DNA from: an uncultured Chloroflexia bacterium | GTDB taxonomy: Bacteria; Chloroflexota; Limnocylindria; Limnocylindrales; CSP1-4 | DNA length: 64,000 nucleotides | NCBI GenBank assembly: GCA_963748675.1 | Contig: CAVVJX010000005.1 | Coordinates: 516,462 to 580,461, forward strand | Reading direction: 5' to 3' | Part shown: piece by piece, positions 1-13,548 of the stretch | Layout: every line of letters begins with the position of its first letter | Numbering within the stretch: the stretch's first letter is position 1 | Notes under the pieces: generated by a model | What the model was told of the DNA's origin: nothing | The model's database searches: none | Seen by the model: only the letters and a program-made list of their open reading frames with translations | Made by a program: the position numbers and the translations under genes

Positions 1-786
1 CGAGTCCTGCTTGTTCGGGCTGCCGAAGCCGATGTGCGTCCGGACCGCGATCAGGCTCGGCCGGTCGTCGTGGCGCGCCACCTCGATCGCCGCGGCGATC
101 GCCTCGATGTCGTTGCCGTCCGCGACACGCTGGGCGTGCCAGCCGTAGGCCTCGAACCGCTTGGGGACGTCCTCGGACCAGGCCATCGCCGTCGGCCCGT
201 CGAGCTGGATGTGGTTGTCGTCGTACAGGACGACGAGCTTGCCCAGGCGCAGGTGGCCGGCGAGGCTCGACGCCTCGGAGGCGATGCCCTCCTGGAGATC
301 GCCGTCCGACGCGATGACGTAGGTCCAGTGGTCGACGATCGCGTGCTCGTCACGGTTGAACTCGAACGCAAGCCGGCGCTCGGCGATGGCCATGCCGACC
401 GCATTCGTGAGGCCCTGCCCGAGTGGCCCGGTCGTCGCCTCGACACCGGGGGTCAGGCCGTGCTCCGGATGCCCCGGCGTGCGCGATCCCCATTGCCGGA
501 AGGCCTTGAGGTCGTCGAGCGACAGGTCGTAGCCCGTCAGGTGGAGCAGCGAGTAGAGCAGCATCGAGGCATGTCCCGCGGACAGTACGAACCGGTCGCG
601 ATCCGGCCATTCCGGATTCGTCGGCGAGTGCCGCAGGAATCGGGTCCACAGCGTGTACGCCATCGGCGCGGCGCCCATCGGGGCGCCCGGGTGCCCGGAG
701 TTCGCCTGCTGGACGGCGTCCATCGAGAGGGTCCGGATGGTGTCGATCGCGAGGCGGTCGAGGTCGGGCGTCACGGCAGCGGTCAT
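1..786 (-). CDS. tkt: Transketolase, N-terminal (thiamine-PP binding) part; start codon is in the window and the gene continues past the window start
   Basis: The minus-strand translation begins [38 protein letters not shown]...GDGDLQEG, the classic transketolase N-terminus and TPP motif. It is not in the ORF track because no stop codon lies inside the window. Confidence 0.9.
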   Translation of the reverse strand, partial: MTAAVTPDLDRLAIDTIRTLSMDAVQQANSGHPGAPMGAAPMAYTLWTRFLRHSPTNPEWPDRDRFVLSAGHASMLLYSLLHLTGYDLSLDDLKAFRQWGSRTPGHPEHGLTPGVEATTGPLGQGLTNAVGMAIAERRLAFEFNRDEHAIVDHWTYVIASDGDLQEGIASEASSLAGHLRLGKLVVLYDDNHIQLDGPTAMAWSEDVPKRFEAYGWHAQRVADGNDIEAIAAAIEVARHDDRPSLIAVRTHIGFGSPNKQDS

Positions 787-888
787 CGGGCGGGACTCCG
801 GCTCGGGCGGGCAGGTGGAGCGCCATTGTAGGTCGGCCGACGACGCGGGCTGAGCACACCGGCGCGTGCGCGCCTATCCTCGGAGCCC

Positions 889-1873
889 ATGCCGAAGCTG
901 CGCGCCCCCCGCCCTCGCCGACCCATCCGCCCGTCACGCGGCAAGGCCCCGGGACCGGCGCGCATCGTGGTGTTGGGCGACCTCCTGCTCGACGTCGTCG
1001 TCGCGCCGACTCGGCCGCTGGAGCGGGCGACCGATGTTCCCGGCCGCGTCTCGCTCGTCCAGGGCGGGTCGGCCGCGAACGCGGCGCGCTGGCTCGCGCG
1101 CCTGGGTGCGAAGACCACGCTCGTCGCCGCGGTCGGCCGGGACGCCGTGGGTCGCACGCTCGTCGACGCCGTGCGCGGTGAGGGCGTCCAGATGCGGGTC
1201 GTCCGCGTGGCCGGTGCGCGGACCGGTCGCATCGGGGTCATCGTCTCGCCCGACGGCGAGCGGTCGTTCGTGGCCGACCGCGGCGCGGCCCTCCAGTTGC
1301 GACCGGACGATGTGCAGGCCCCAGTGGTTCACCCGGGCCGACGGGCTGCACCTGCCGATGTACTCGTTCCTGGGCGAGCCTCTGGGCGAGGCCGCCCGAC
1401 GCGCCGTTACGCTGGCGCGCGAATCGGGCACGTTCGTGAGCATCGACCTGGCCTCGATCGGCCCGCTGCTCGAACGCGGACGTCAGGCGGCGGTGGCCCT
1501 CATCGAGGAGGTCGCCCCGGACCTGATCTTCGCGACCGCCGCCGAGGCGCAGGCCCTCCTGGGCGCCCACGTGGTCGATAGCCTGCTCGACCACGCGCCA
1601 GTCGTCATCGTGAAGCGCGGCCCGCAGGGCGCCACCGTCCTCGCCCGCGACGGCGCGGCGAATCTCCGCTTCGAAGTCGCCACCGAACACCGCATCGCCA
1701 CAGACACGACGGGCGCCGGCGACGCGTTCGATGCCGGCTTCCTGGTCGGCTGGTTTGCCGCCCGCGCCGCCGGCCGATCCCTCCCAGCCGCCCTCCAACG
1801 AGCCGCCGTCACAGGCCACCGAGCCGCAGCCCGCCAGCTCTCGACGCCCCGCCCGGAGTTGCCGCTGGCGTAG
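889..1873 (+). CDS. PfkB/ribokinase-family carbohydrate kinase (a +1 frameshift near 1320 joins the 889 frame and the 866 frame)
   Basis: The N-terminal frame gives IVVLGDLLLDVVV...GGSAANAARWLARLG. The C-terminal frame gives TDTTGAGDAFDAGFLVGW, the PfkB signature. The two halves lie in different frames. Confidence 0.7.
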
Positions 1874-3611
1874 AGAGCTCAGTTCGTCTGGGGTCGGCGG
1901 GTGGCACCGGGCGGCGTCCGGCGGAGCGAGCGCCGGCGCATACGCCGCAGCGAGCGGAGGCCGGGCGACCGCCCGGGGACAGGACCCGCCGCGCTACGAC
2001 TCCCCGCGTGATCCGGACGTCGTCGATCGCGACCTCGACCAGGCTGTTGCTCCCGCCATCGACCGCCGCGAAGTGGATGCGGACCGTCTTGCCCGCCCAC
2101 GCATCGACGGATGCGGCCACGGATCGCCACACGCCATCGACATCGGCAGGCTTGCCGGCAAGCGTGATGACCGGGGTGCGGGTGCCGTCCGAGGTCTCGA
2201 TGCTGGCCACGAGTCGATCGGCGGACGACGAGTTCGAGCCGTGGGCGAGCACATACCGGAAGAACAGCCGCTGGCCCGGCGCCGTTGACAGCCGGATCGC
2301 CGGACTGCGGACCGACGTCCGCCCGTCGAGGTCGTTCGCATTCGCCGAGGATCCGGCGCCGCCACCGGTCACGAACGCCACCGATCCCGACGGGACGTTG
2401 GTGAGTTGCTTCGGGCCACTCGAAGCCGTCGCAGCCGGGTTCGTCCTCTTGAACTTGCCGGTCGTGGCCGTGTCCGTGCCGTCCGGGTCGTACGTCCAGC
2501 CGCGGAACACCTCGAGGTCGTCGTCGAAGGCGCCGCAGCGCGCCAGCCGGACCTGCTCGCCCAGGACGCTGAGCGGGCACCAGGCTCGTTCGGCGAGGTA
2601 CAGGACGGCGTCCTTGTTGCGGCCCGTTTCGCTCGCGATCATCGAGTCGTCGGGATAGTCCTTCACGGACAGCTCGAAGGTGTACGAGTACGTCCGATAC
2701 ATCCCGTACAGGAAGTCGCGCGTCGTGCCGGACGTGATGTAGAGGCTGCTCGCCTGGATCGGCCGGTAGCCGTTGCTCGCCGCCATCTTCTTGCCGATTG
2801 CCTTGAGGGCAAGGTGGTCGGCACGGGTCATGTCGCTCGGGATATCGGTGTACGTGTAGCCGTACGGCCACATGACGAGCCTGCCCGACTCGTGGAAGGA
2901 GACGGCGACCCTGATCTGCTGGCGTCCACCGATGACGCGGCTGGCCAGGAAGTCGCGCACCGCACGAGCCTCCGGCGTCGAGAACGCCTTCGTGCCGCGG
3001 TAGGTGATGGCCTGCGGGTTCGTGCTCGTGCGACCGCCGCCGCCCCAGCGATACCCGTAGTTCCGATTGAGATCCGTCCCGGTGTACGGCGTCCCAGGCG
3101 TGGGCTGGCGGTTCTTGCGCCAGTGGTGGAACTTGCCGCCGGAGATGTCGTGTTCGGCGCCGTCCGGGTTCGCGAGGAAGATGATCCAGATCTCGCGGGT
3201 GTTCACGATGTTGGTGATGCGCGTGGACGTGCCGTAGCCGTCGGTCAGCCAGCGCATGACCTTGAGGGCGAGCTCGACGCCCATGTGCTCGTCGGCGTGG
3301 TGGCCACCCTCGTACAGGACTTCGGGCTCGGCTTCGTCGACGCCGACGTTGTCCGAGATCTTCATCGCCCAGAGGTCGCGGCCCTTGTAGCTCTTGCCGA
3401 TGCTGAAGCGCTTGGCGATGTCCGGGTGTGCGGTTTCGACCGCCTTCGCGGCAGCCGCCACTTCGGCGTAGGTGTGATAGCCCGAGAAACCGGCAGGGAA
3501 TTCGTCGGCGCCGAGCGCGGTCGAGGGCACGATCAGGAGCGCGGCGAGGGCAACCGCCGTCGCGGCGGCACGGGGCGACGTCAGGCGGGGGAAAGTCGGC
3601 ATGTCGTGCAT
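1809..3611 (-). CDS. Secreted M14-family zinc carboxypeptidase with a C-terminal beta-sandwich extension
   Basis: Sec signal MPTFPRLTSPRAAATAVALAALLIVPSTALGA. M14 motifs HADEHMG, NPDG, NRNY, SFHESG. The ORF extends upstream to 3662, but MHDM (3611) sits before the signal peptide and is the likely start. Confidence 0.8.
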   Translation of the reverse strand: MHDMPTFPRLTSPRAAATAVALAALLIVPSTALGADEFPAGFSGYHTYAEVAAAAKAVETAHPDIAKRFSIGKSYKGRDLWAMKISDNVGVDEAEPEVLYEGGHHADEHMGVELALKVMRWLTDGYGTSTRITNIVNTREIWIIFLANPDGAEHDISGGKFHHWRKNRQPTPGTPYTGTDLNRNYGYRWGGGGRTSTNPQAITYRGTKAFSTPEARAVRDFLASRVIGGRQQIRVAVSFHESGRLVMWPYGYTYTDIPSDMTRADHLALKAIGKKMAASNGYRPIQASSLYITSGTTRDFLYGMYRTYSYTFELSVKDYPDDSMIASETGRNKDAVLYLAERAWCPLSVLGEQVRLARCGAFDDDLEVFRGWTYDPDGTDTATTGKFKRTNPAATASSGPKQLTNVPSGSVAFVTGGGAGSSANANDLDGRTSVRSPAIRLSTAPGQRLFFRYVLAHGSNSSSADRLVASIETSDGTRTPVITLAGKPADVDGVWRSVAASVDAWAGKTVRIHFAAVDGGSNSLVEVAIDDVRITRGVVARRVLSPGGRPASARCGVCAGARSAGRRPVPPADPRRTELSTPAATPGGASRAGGLRLGGL

Positions 3612-3684
3612 CTTGCGCCCGGGAGGTGCATCGGGACACCGGCGAGTTGGGGCCAGCGACAACCCGGCGAACGTCCCATCCGCT

Positions 3685-5797
3685 TCAGCGCAGGTGGCGG
3701 TCGAACCAGCCGAGCATCCTGGTCATCCGGTCGATCCGACGGTCAGGACGGCCGGCAGAGGCATAGACGTGCGACTCCTCGGGGTAGAGGACGTACTCCA
3801 CCTCGCGCCGTAGGTGCCGCAGCGCGACGAACAGCTGTTCATTGTCCGCGGGCGGGCAGCGCAGGTCGGACTCGGCCTGGAGGATCAACAACGGCGTGTG
3901 AACCGCTGGCGCGTTGCGCAGCGGGGACGTGCGCCACATCAATTCGATGCCTTCGGGGGTGTACACGTCGCCCATGAGGGACGCGCGAAAGAACTCAGGC
4001 CCGCTGTCGGAGTTGCCGAAGCCCGAGACCTGGTTCGTCACGCCGTTCTCCGATACGGCGGCTTTGAACCGGTCCGTCGTCCCGACCAGCCAGTTGACCA
4101 TGAAGCCGCCGTAGCTCAGGCCCATCACGCCGAGCCGCTCGGGATCGGCGAGGCCGAGCTCGACGACGTGATCGACCGCCGCGTGGACGTCGGCGGCATC
4201 GACGCCGCCCCAGTCCCCGAGATGTGGCCTGATCCAATCGCGGCCGTACGTGGCAGAGCCGCGGATGTTCGGCAGGATCACGCGGTAACCGGCGGCGACG
4301 AGGAGGATGACCTCGACGTGCGGAGCCGGTGCCCAGGCGCCGAGCGGGCCGCCGTGGACGTCGACGACGGTGGGGAGGGCCTTGTCGCCGGCGCCGGGTG
4401 GGGAGGCGACCAAGGTGTCGATGGGGCCGCCGGGGCCCGGGACCTCGATGCGACGCATCTCCGGCATCGGGTGAAGGTCCTGCCATCGCGAGCCAAGGGT
4501 CGAGCGACGGTGGGGGTTGGCCGGGTCGGAGTCGTCGGTCGTGTAGAGGTCCATGGCGCTCGTGCCATTCGTGGCGAGGAACGCGATGCTCGGCGTACCC
4601 GACGTCGCGACCGCGACCGCGATGGTGTGCGTCGTCAGGTCGCCGCTCGCGGCCACCGTCCGGTCGACCAGACGTCCGGTCTTCGAGTCGATCGCGTACA
4701 CGTGCGGGTGCGAGCGGCCTCGGTCCGAGACGGTGGCGACCAGACGCTGGTCATCGAGCCACGACGGCCCGTGGCGGCCGTCGACCATCCAGCCGTTGAG
4801 GTCCGTGTCCGTCCAGTTGCCGATCGGGCGATCGAGCTCGGGGTCCAGCGCGTGGGGCGGCCGCGAGCCGTCGGCGGGGCCGACGAGGATGTCGGGCATG
4901 AGGTCGTCGAGCGGCTCGGGCTCAAGGACGCCGATGGCCGCGATCCAGCGACCGTCCGGTGACCAGGCAGGGTGGTTCGCCCAGCCGGCAGCGGTGAGGA
5001 TCTCGCGTGGCTCGGCGGCCTTGCTCCCGGTGCGGGCGCCGCGCTTCGTGGCACCGTCGACGTCCACCGCCCAGATCGTCGTCCGGGGACGGAGGTCGGC
5101 TTCTGGGCCGCGGTCGCCGGTGAAGGCGATCGATCCTGCCGTCCGGATGCCAGGCGATGTCCGAGACGCCCCAATCGCCGCTCGTTACCTGGCGCGGTTT
5201 CCCGTCGCCCCAATCGACGATGAAGAGGTGCGTCCATCGATCGCGGTGGCCCTCGCCGTCCCACCGCCAGTCCGCTCGGGTGATGTGTCGCGCTCGGGGC
5301 GTGGACGTCTCGGCGGTCTTCGCATTCGGGCGGCGCCGGCGGCCGACGGGCGCGGTCGGACCGACGATGAACCTGGGTGGGTCGACCTCGGCGGTGAAGG
5401 CGAGGCGGCGGCCATCGGGAGACCACGCGAGCTCGACGACGGCTCCGTGATCGCCAGCCCTGACGTAGCGGACGGGGCGGCCAGGCCGGCCGAGGTCCAG
5501 CAGCCCGATCCTCGCGGGTGCGTCGTCGTCGGTCGGGTCCGTGCGGACGAAGGCGAGGGTCTGCCCGTCGGAGCAGAGGCGCGGCCACGCGTCGCGGACC
5601 GCGCCGCGGGTGAGCTGCCGTGGTCGGGGGGTGGCCCGGCGTTCGAGGTCGATCGCGAACAGGTGGCCGTGGTATCGATCGCCCTTGATCGAACGGCGGA
5701 CGACGACCGCCAGCCGCCCGTCGGTGGAAAGGTCGAGCTCCTCGACCACCACGATGCGGCGGATGTCTTCGGGCGTCATCGGTCGGCGCGCCAGCAT
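3685..5797 (-). CDS. S9-family acylaminoacyl-peptidase / prolyl oligopeptidase (N-terminal beta-propeller plus alpha/beta hydrolase); one frameshift near 5140
   Basis: The C-terminal frame carries GLSYGGFM and the catalytic D and H. The N-terminal propeller (ORF 4922..5797) is in another frame. A one-base indel in ATCGATCGCC joins them. Confidence 0.75.
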
Positions 5798-5831
5798 GTG
5801 CGCAGGGTAGCGGCGACGCTAGGCTTGCGGC

Positions 5832-6791
5832 ATGCCCATCCCGCCTGCCGTGTCCGAGCGGATCGTCATTGCCGCAGACGTCGCCTCGGCCCTCGCGGAC
5901 GGCCGGCCTGTGGTCGCGCTCGAGTCGACGCTCATCAGTCACGGGCTGCCGTACCCACAGAATCTGGAGGTGGCGCTCGCGTCCGAGGCGGCGGTGCGCG
6001 AGACCGACGGCGCCGTGCCTGCGACCGTTGCGATCCGAGACGGCCGCTTGCTCGTCGGGCTGGATGCGGGGGAGCTCGAGGCGCTGGCGACCGCGCCGGC
6101 CGGTTCCGTGCGCAAGGCGGCGCGGCCGACCATGGCGGTCGCGCTCAGCGAGGGCGGCTGGGCGGCCACGACGGTTTCGGCCACGATGATCGCGGCGCAC
6201 GCGGCGGGGATCCGTGTGTTCGCAACGGGCGGGATCGGCGGCGTGCATCGGGGCGCGCTGGGGGGCATCGAAGGCGTGCCGGCGACCCTGGATATCTCGT
6301 CGGATCTCGAAGAACTGGGGCGCACACCGATGGCCGTCATCTGCGCGGGGCCAAAGGCGATCCTCGACGTGCCCGCCACGCTGGAGTACCTGGAGACGCG
6401 GGGCGTGCCGGTCCTGTCCGTCGGGCAGGCGGAACTGCCCGGGTTCTTCGCCCGCTCGGCGGGGATCGCGGCGCCGCACACGGTCATGGACGTGGCGGGA
6501 GCGGCGGCGGTCGTCGGCGTGCACCTGGGTCTCGAGCTGGGGAGTGGCGTTCTCGTGTGCGTGCCGGTACCCCGGGACGTGGCACTCCCCGAGGACGTCG
6601 CCCGCGATGCCGTCGAGCGAGCGACCGCCGACGCCGAAACGGCCGGTGTACGTGGGCCGGCGCTCACCCCCTGGCTCCTGGCACGGATCGCCGAGCTGAC
6701 TGGCGGTGCGTCCGTCCGGGCCAACACCGCCCTGATCGTGAACGACGCCCGGGCTGCCGGGGAGCTTGCCGCGTTCCTTGGGGCGCCCTGA
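5832..6791 (+). CDS. psuG: Pseudouridine-5'-phosphate glycosidase
   Basis: The 319-aa product matches the PsuG family along its full length (LESTLISHGLPYPQNLE, GGIGGVHRG, ICAGPKAILD). Confidence 0.85.
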   Translation: MPIPPAVSERIVIAADVASALADGRPVVALESTLISHGLPYPQNLEVALASEAAVRETDGAVPATVAIRDGRLLVGLDAGELEALATAPAGSVRKAARPTMAVALSEGGWAATTVSATMIAAHAAGIRVFATGGIGGVHRGALGGIEGVPATLDISSDLEELGRTPMAVICAGPKAILDVPATLEYLETRGVPVLSVGQAELPGFFARSAGIAAPHTVMDVAGAAAVVGVHLGLELGSGVLVCVPVPRDVALPEDVARDAVERATADAETAGVRGPALTPWLLARIAELTGGASVRANTALIVNDARAAGELAAFLGAP

Positions 6792-6807
6792 CCGTCCTTG
6801 CCCACCC

Positions 6808-7110
6808 GCTGGGCGGGTCTACTGGAGGACGAGCTTGGCCCTTGACCCCTCTGGCGGGTCGATCGACAGCTGGCACCGCCGTCGACGTTCAGTTGACCCG
6901 CGGACCGGGTGGACCAGCGCTCGGCGTGGACCACGACGAGCATCGGTCTGCTAGTAGACCCGCCTGGCGGGTCGGTCGGGCCCTGACCCAGCCCGAAACG
7001 GCCACACCACCGCGGTGCCCGCCCCGACCATCGGAGTCTTGCTGGCAATCGGGTCGCTCGCTACACTCCCGCGACGGGGGTCATCCGCATTTCCGCGTGG
7101 CGGGTCGCGG
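6808..7110. repeat. Intergenic repeat cluster: four copies of (C)TGGCGGGTC and a perfect 10-bp long-range inverted repeat CGGGTCTACT / AGTAGACCCG
   Basis: Seen directly in the 370-bp non-coding gap between psuG and the next CDS. Motif copies lie near 6811, 6851, 6964 and 7098. The inverted arms lie at about 6815-6824 and 6953-6962. Confidence 0.5.
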
Positions 7111-7162
7111 AACTCCCGATGCTGGACGAGACCCATCGGTTTCCTGAGGAGGACGGCTGCTC

Positions 7163-7705
7163 ATGCGGATCTACGAGGGCAGCCCGCGCCAGGACTTCGA
7201 GGAGGTCTTTCGCTCGATCGGCGCGTTCCTCGATCAGCGTGGCATGAAGGACGTCCTGCTCGTCGAGGCTCCGGACGGGTTCATCGTGCAGGGACTCGTG
7301 ACATCGGGCCAGGCCGGTGGCACGTGGTCCGAATCGCTCGGGACCCAGGTCAAGGAGACCCTCACCTTCCTTGACGACGACATCGCGCGGTTCATGGAAG
7401 AGGCCGCCGCCCGCCGGGGGCTCGGCCCGGAAGCCGCCCCACCGCCACCCGCCCACCAGGCGGGCTACTATGAGACCGCGTTCCGAGTGCTCGGCAGATA
7501 CGTCGACGAGCAGAAGCCACGCGATGTGTTCTTCTTCGAGCAGGACGGCGCGTTCGTCCTCCGCCTGCTGCTCGGCTCACAGGCCGGCAGCCGCCACGAA
7601 CTCGCCGAGTTCACGCGGGAGGACATCACCAACATGGTCGCGCGCGGACCCAACCTTCGCCATCCGGTGACCAGCCCCGGATCCGGCAGTACGACCAGCG
7701 CCTGA
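7163..7705 (+). CDS. Hypothetical protein with an internal tandem duplication of a ~60-aa module
   Basis: Good RBS (GAGGAGGACGG N5 ATG). The halves KDVLLVEAPDGFIVQGLVTSGQAGG and RDVFFFEQDGAFVLRLLLGSQAGS are clearly related. I recognise no family. Confidence 0.6.
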   Translation: MRIYEGSPRQDFEEVFRSIGAFLDQRGMKDVLLVEAPDGFIVQGLVTSGQAGGTWSESLGTQVKETLTFLDDDIARFMEEAAARRGLGPEAAPPPPAHQAGYYETAFRVLGRYVDEQKPRDVFFFEQDGAFVLRLLLGSQAGSRHELAEFTREDITNMVARGPNLRHPVTSPGSGSTTSA

Positions 7706-7760
7706 CGACCCCGACCACCAACGACATCAACCAAGCCCGCAGACCACAGGAGGCCCAGCC

Positions 7761-7916
7761 ATGAAGGCTCTCAAGACCGTTGCCGTCGCCCTCGGCATCA
7801 CCCTCGCCGCCCTGATCGTCATCCCGCTCGCCGTGCTCGCCGGGCTGTTCGTCTGGCTGAAGCTGACCGAGGAGGCGGACGAAGAGCTCCTCGAGCTCGA
7901 CCGCGACGGCGCCTGA
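7761..7916 (+). CDS. Small (51 aa) single-pass membrane protein
   Basis: ATG preceded by AGGAGG. One hydrophobic helix (VAVALGITLAALIVIPLAVLAGLFVWL) followed by an acidic tail. Below the ORF-track size cutoff. Confidence 0.5.
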   Translation: MKALKTVAVALGITLAALIVIPLAVLAGLFVWLKLTEEADEELLELDRDGA

Positions 7917-7926
7917 GCGACCCCCT

Positions 7927-7999
7927 GCCCGCCCCGGTGGCGGGCGAGGCTGAAACTCGCCGCCCGACGCAACCGACGCCCGCCGGCAGACCGGCGGGC
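7927..7999 (+). terminator. Two GC-rich hairpins; the second is a perfect 9-bp stem (GCCCGCCGG caga CCGGCGGGC) followed by a T-containing tract
   Basis: Seen in sequence just downstream of the small membrane-protein gene. This also argues that the EamA gene starts after the hairpins, not at 7937. Confidence 0.4.
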
Positions 8000-8049
8000 G
8001 TTCCACTGTTCCGCGACCGCCGCCTGACCGAGATCGCCGTCATCGGCGT

Positions 8050-8923
8050 GATGGTGCTGTGGGCGGCGAACTTCATCGTCGTCAAGGACATCATCGGGAT
8101 CCTGCCGCCGGTCGGGTTCACGTTCCTCCGCTATTTCCTCGCGTCGATGGCGCTGCTGGCGATCCTGCGCTGGTCGGAGGGCGCGATCCGGTTGCCGAGG
8201 CCCGGAGCGGCACGGATCCTGTTGCTCGGCGGCCTCGGTTTCGGCATCTACCAGATGCTCTGGACGGTCGGCCTGCAATCGATCCCCGCGGGCGACTCGG
8301 CCCTGCTGATCGCCGCCAGCCCGGTCCTCACCGCGGTCATCGCCGTGGCCATCGGGACCGACACGCTCAACGCCCGCAAGGCGGTCGGGGTCGTCCTGTC
8401 GTTCGCCGGGGTCGTGCTGGTCATCGCGGCAGGTGTCGGGATCGAGCTGACCGGTTCGCCCATCGGGTTCGCCTTGACCATGGCGGCCGCCCTGTGCTGG
8501 GCGACGTACACGGCCTTCGGCGCGAAGGTGCTGCGGCGCCACTCCCCGCTGGTGCTGACGACGTGGGCCACGATCGGTGGCACGCTCGTCCTCGCGCCCG
8601 TGGGTATCGGTCAGCTCCTCGCGCCTGGCGCGATCGGTCCGGAGCAGGCCGCCAATCTGCCCAGCATCGTCTTCGCGATCGCCTTTTCCGGGTTGCTCGC
8701 CGCGGCGCTGGCGAACGTCGTCGTGTTCCAGGGCGTCGGGCTGCTCGGCCCGACCCGCGTGATGACCCTGCAGTCGCTCGTGCCGGCCATGGCGGTCGTC
8801 CTCGCGTTCCTGTTCCTGCAGGAGCCGATCCGGCCGGTCCAGATCGTGGGTGGCGCCGTGATCATCCTCGGCGTCGCGCTCACACGGCTGGCCTCGCGCG
8901 GGCCTGCGGCGGCGCGCCCGTGA
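8050..8923 (+). CDS. EamA/DMT-family transporter (10 TM helices)
   Basis: Two EamA repeats and a hydrophobic profile. The ORF track begins at 7937, but the hairpins at 7927-7999 and the first TM helix favour the ATG near 8050. Confidence 0.7.
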
Positions 8924-9774
8924 CGGACGAGATCGGACCCGGCCGGTCGCCGGACGATGCGCCCCCGCCGGCCGTGCGCCCACCGGTGGACGGCGAGCTG
9001 CCACTCGCGATCCTCATCGACTATGACGGGACGATCTCGCTCACCGACGTGACCGACATGGTCATGGCCGAGCACGTCCCGGGCGTCTGGGAAGAGGCCT
9101 CCGCGCTGTACGACGCCGGCGGCATGGGCTCGCGCCGGCTGATGGCCTGGGAGATATCGCTGGTCGAGGCGGATCCTGCGGCCCTCCTGGCCACGGCCGC
9201 GCGCCAGCCGCACGACCCGGGGTTCGTCCCGTTCGTGCGGACGGCCCAGGCCGCCGGCATCCCGGTCGAGATCGTGTCGGACGGCTTTGGCTTCTTCATC
9301 GAGCCCGCGCTCGCCGCCCTCGGCGTTCCTGAGCTGCCCGTGGTCACCGCCCGGACCACGTTCACGGGGCGTCGTCCATCGATCGCCTTCCCGAACGGCC
9401 ATCCGGCGTGCTTCGTGTGTGGGACGTGCAAGCGCGAGCGCGTGCTCGCCTATCGCGCGGCCGGTCGACGCGTCCTGTTCATCGGCGACGGCGAAAGCGA
9501 CCGCTATGCGGGCGGCTACAGCGACGTCGTGTTCGCCAAGCGCTCACTCGAGCGCATCTGCCTGGAGGCGGGCTGGCCGTTCCACCGGTGGACCGCCTTC
9601 AGCGAGATCGAGACGTGGCTGGCCGACCTGCTCGCGACATGGCGTGCCGACCCCAGCGCGCTGCAGCCCGTGGCGCCGGGCGCGCCGCCACCGAACGGCT
9701 ACTTCTGCGGCCCAGAGGCGTGGGGCGACGGCCTGGTCGACCCACCACCGGGGTCGTGGCCGCCGCCCCGCTGA
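8920..9774 (+). CDS. HAD-superfamily hydrolase (MtnX / phosphoserine-phosphatase-like subfamily)
   Basis: GTG start overlaps the EamA stop (GTGA). Motifs LAILIDYDGTIS (DxDGT), VSDGFGFF, FIGDGESDR. Confidence 0.7.
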   Translation: MTDEIGPGRSPDDAPPPAVRPPVDGELPLAILIDYDGTISLTDVTDMVMAEHVPGVWEEASALYDAGGMGSRRLMAWEISLVEADPAALLATAARQPHDPGFVPFVRTAQAAGIPVEIVSDGFGFFIEPALAALGVPELPVVTARTTFTGRRPSIAFPNGHPACFVCGTCKRERVLAYRAAGRRVLFIGDGESDRYAGGYSDVVFAKRSLERICLEAGWPFHRWTAFSEIETWLADLLATWRADPSALQPVAPGAPPPNGYFCGPEAWGDGLVDPPPGSWPPPR

Positions 9775-9777
9775 GGA

Positions 9778-13429
<3,652 letters not shown>

Positions 13430-13548
13430 CGGCGCAACGGTTCGATACGCACCTGTCGCGTCTCGAACGATGCGCGCCGCGAAGGTGCGTGCCCGCACGG
13501 GGGTAGAATCCCTGCCCACACTGCCTGCCTGATCGGAGCCTGCCCGCC

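Noticed and set aside
889-6791. PfkB kinase as pseudouridine kinase (PsuK) partner of psuG
   Set aside because: The two genes are 4 kb apart, on the same strand but separated by two peptidase genes. PsuK cannot be distinguished from other ribokinase-family kinases by eye.
4553-7147. Very long Arg/Ala/Pro-rich ORFs on both strands (for example 4553..7147 +, 4635..6524 -, 7727..9004 -, 9599..11359 -, 16847..18130 -, 17604..19616 -)
   Set aside because: They lie antisense to, or out of frame with, well-supported conserved genes and have GC-driven low-complexity composition. They are typical open-frame artifacts of ~70% GC DNA.
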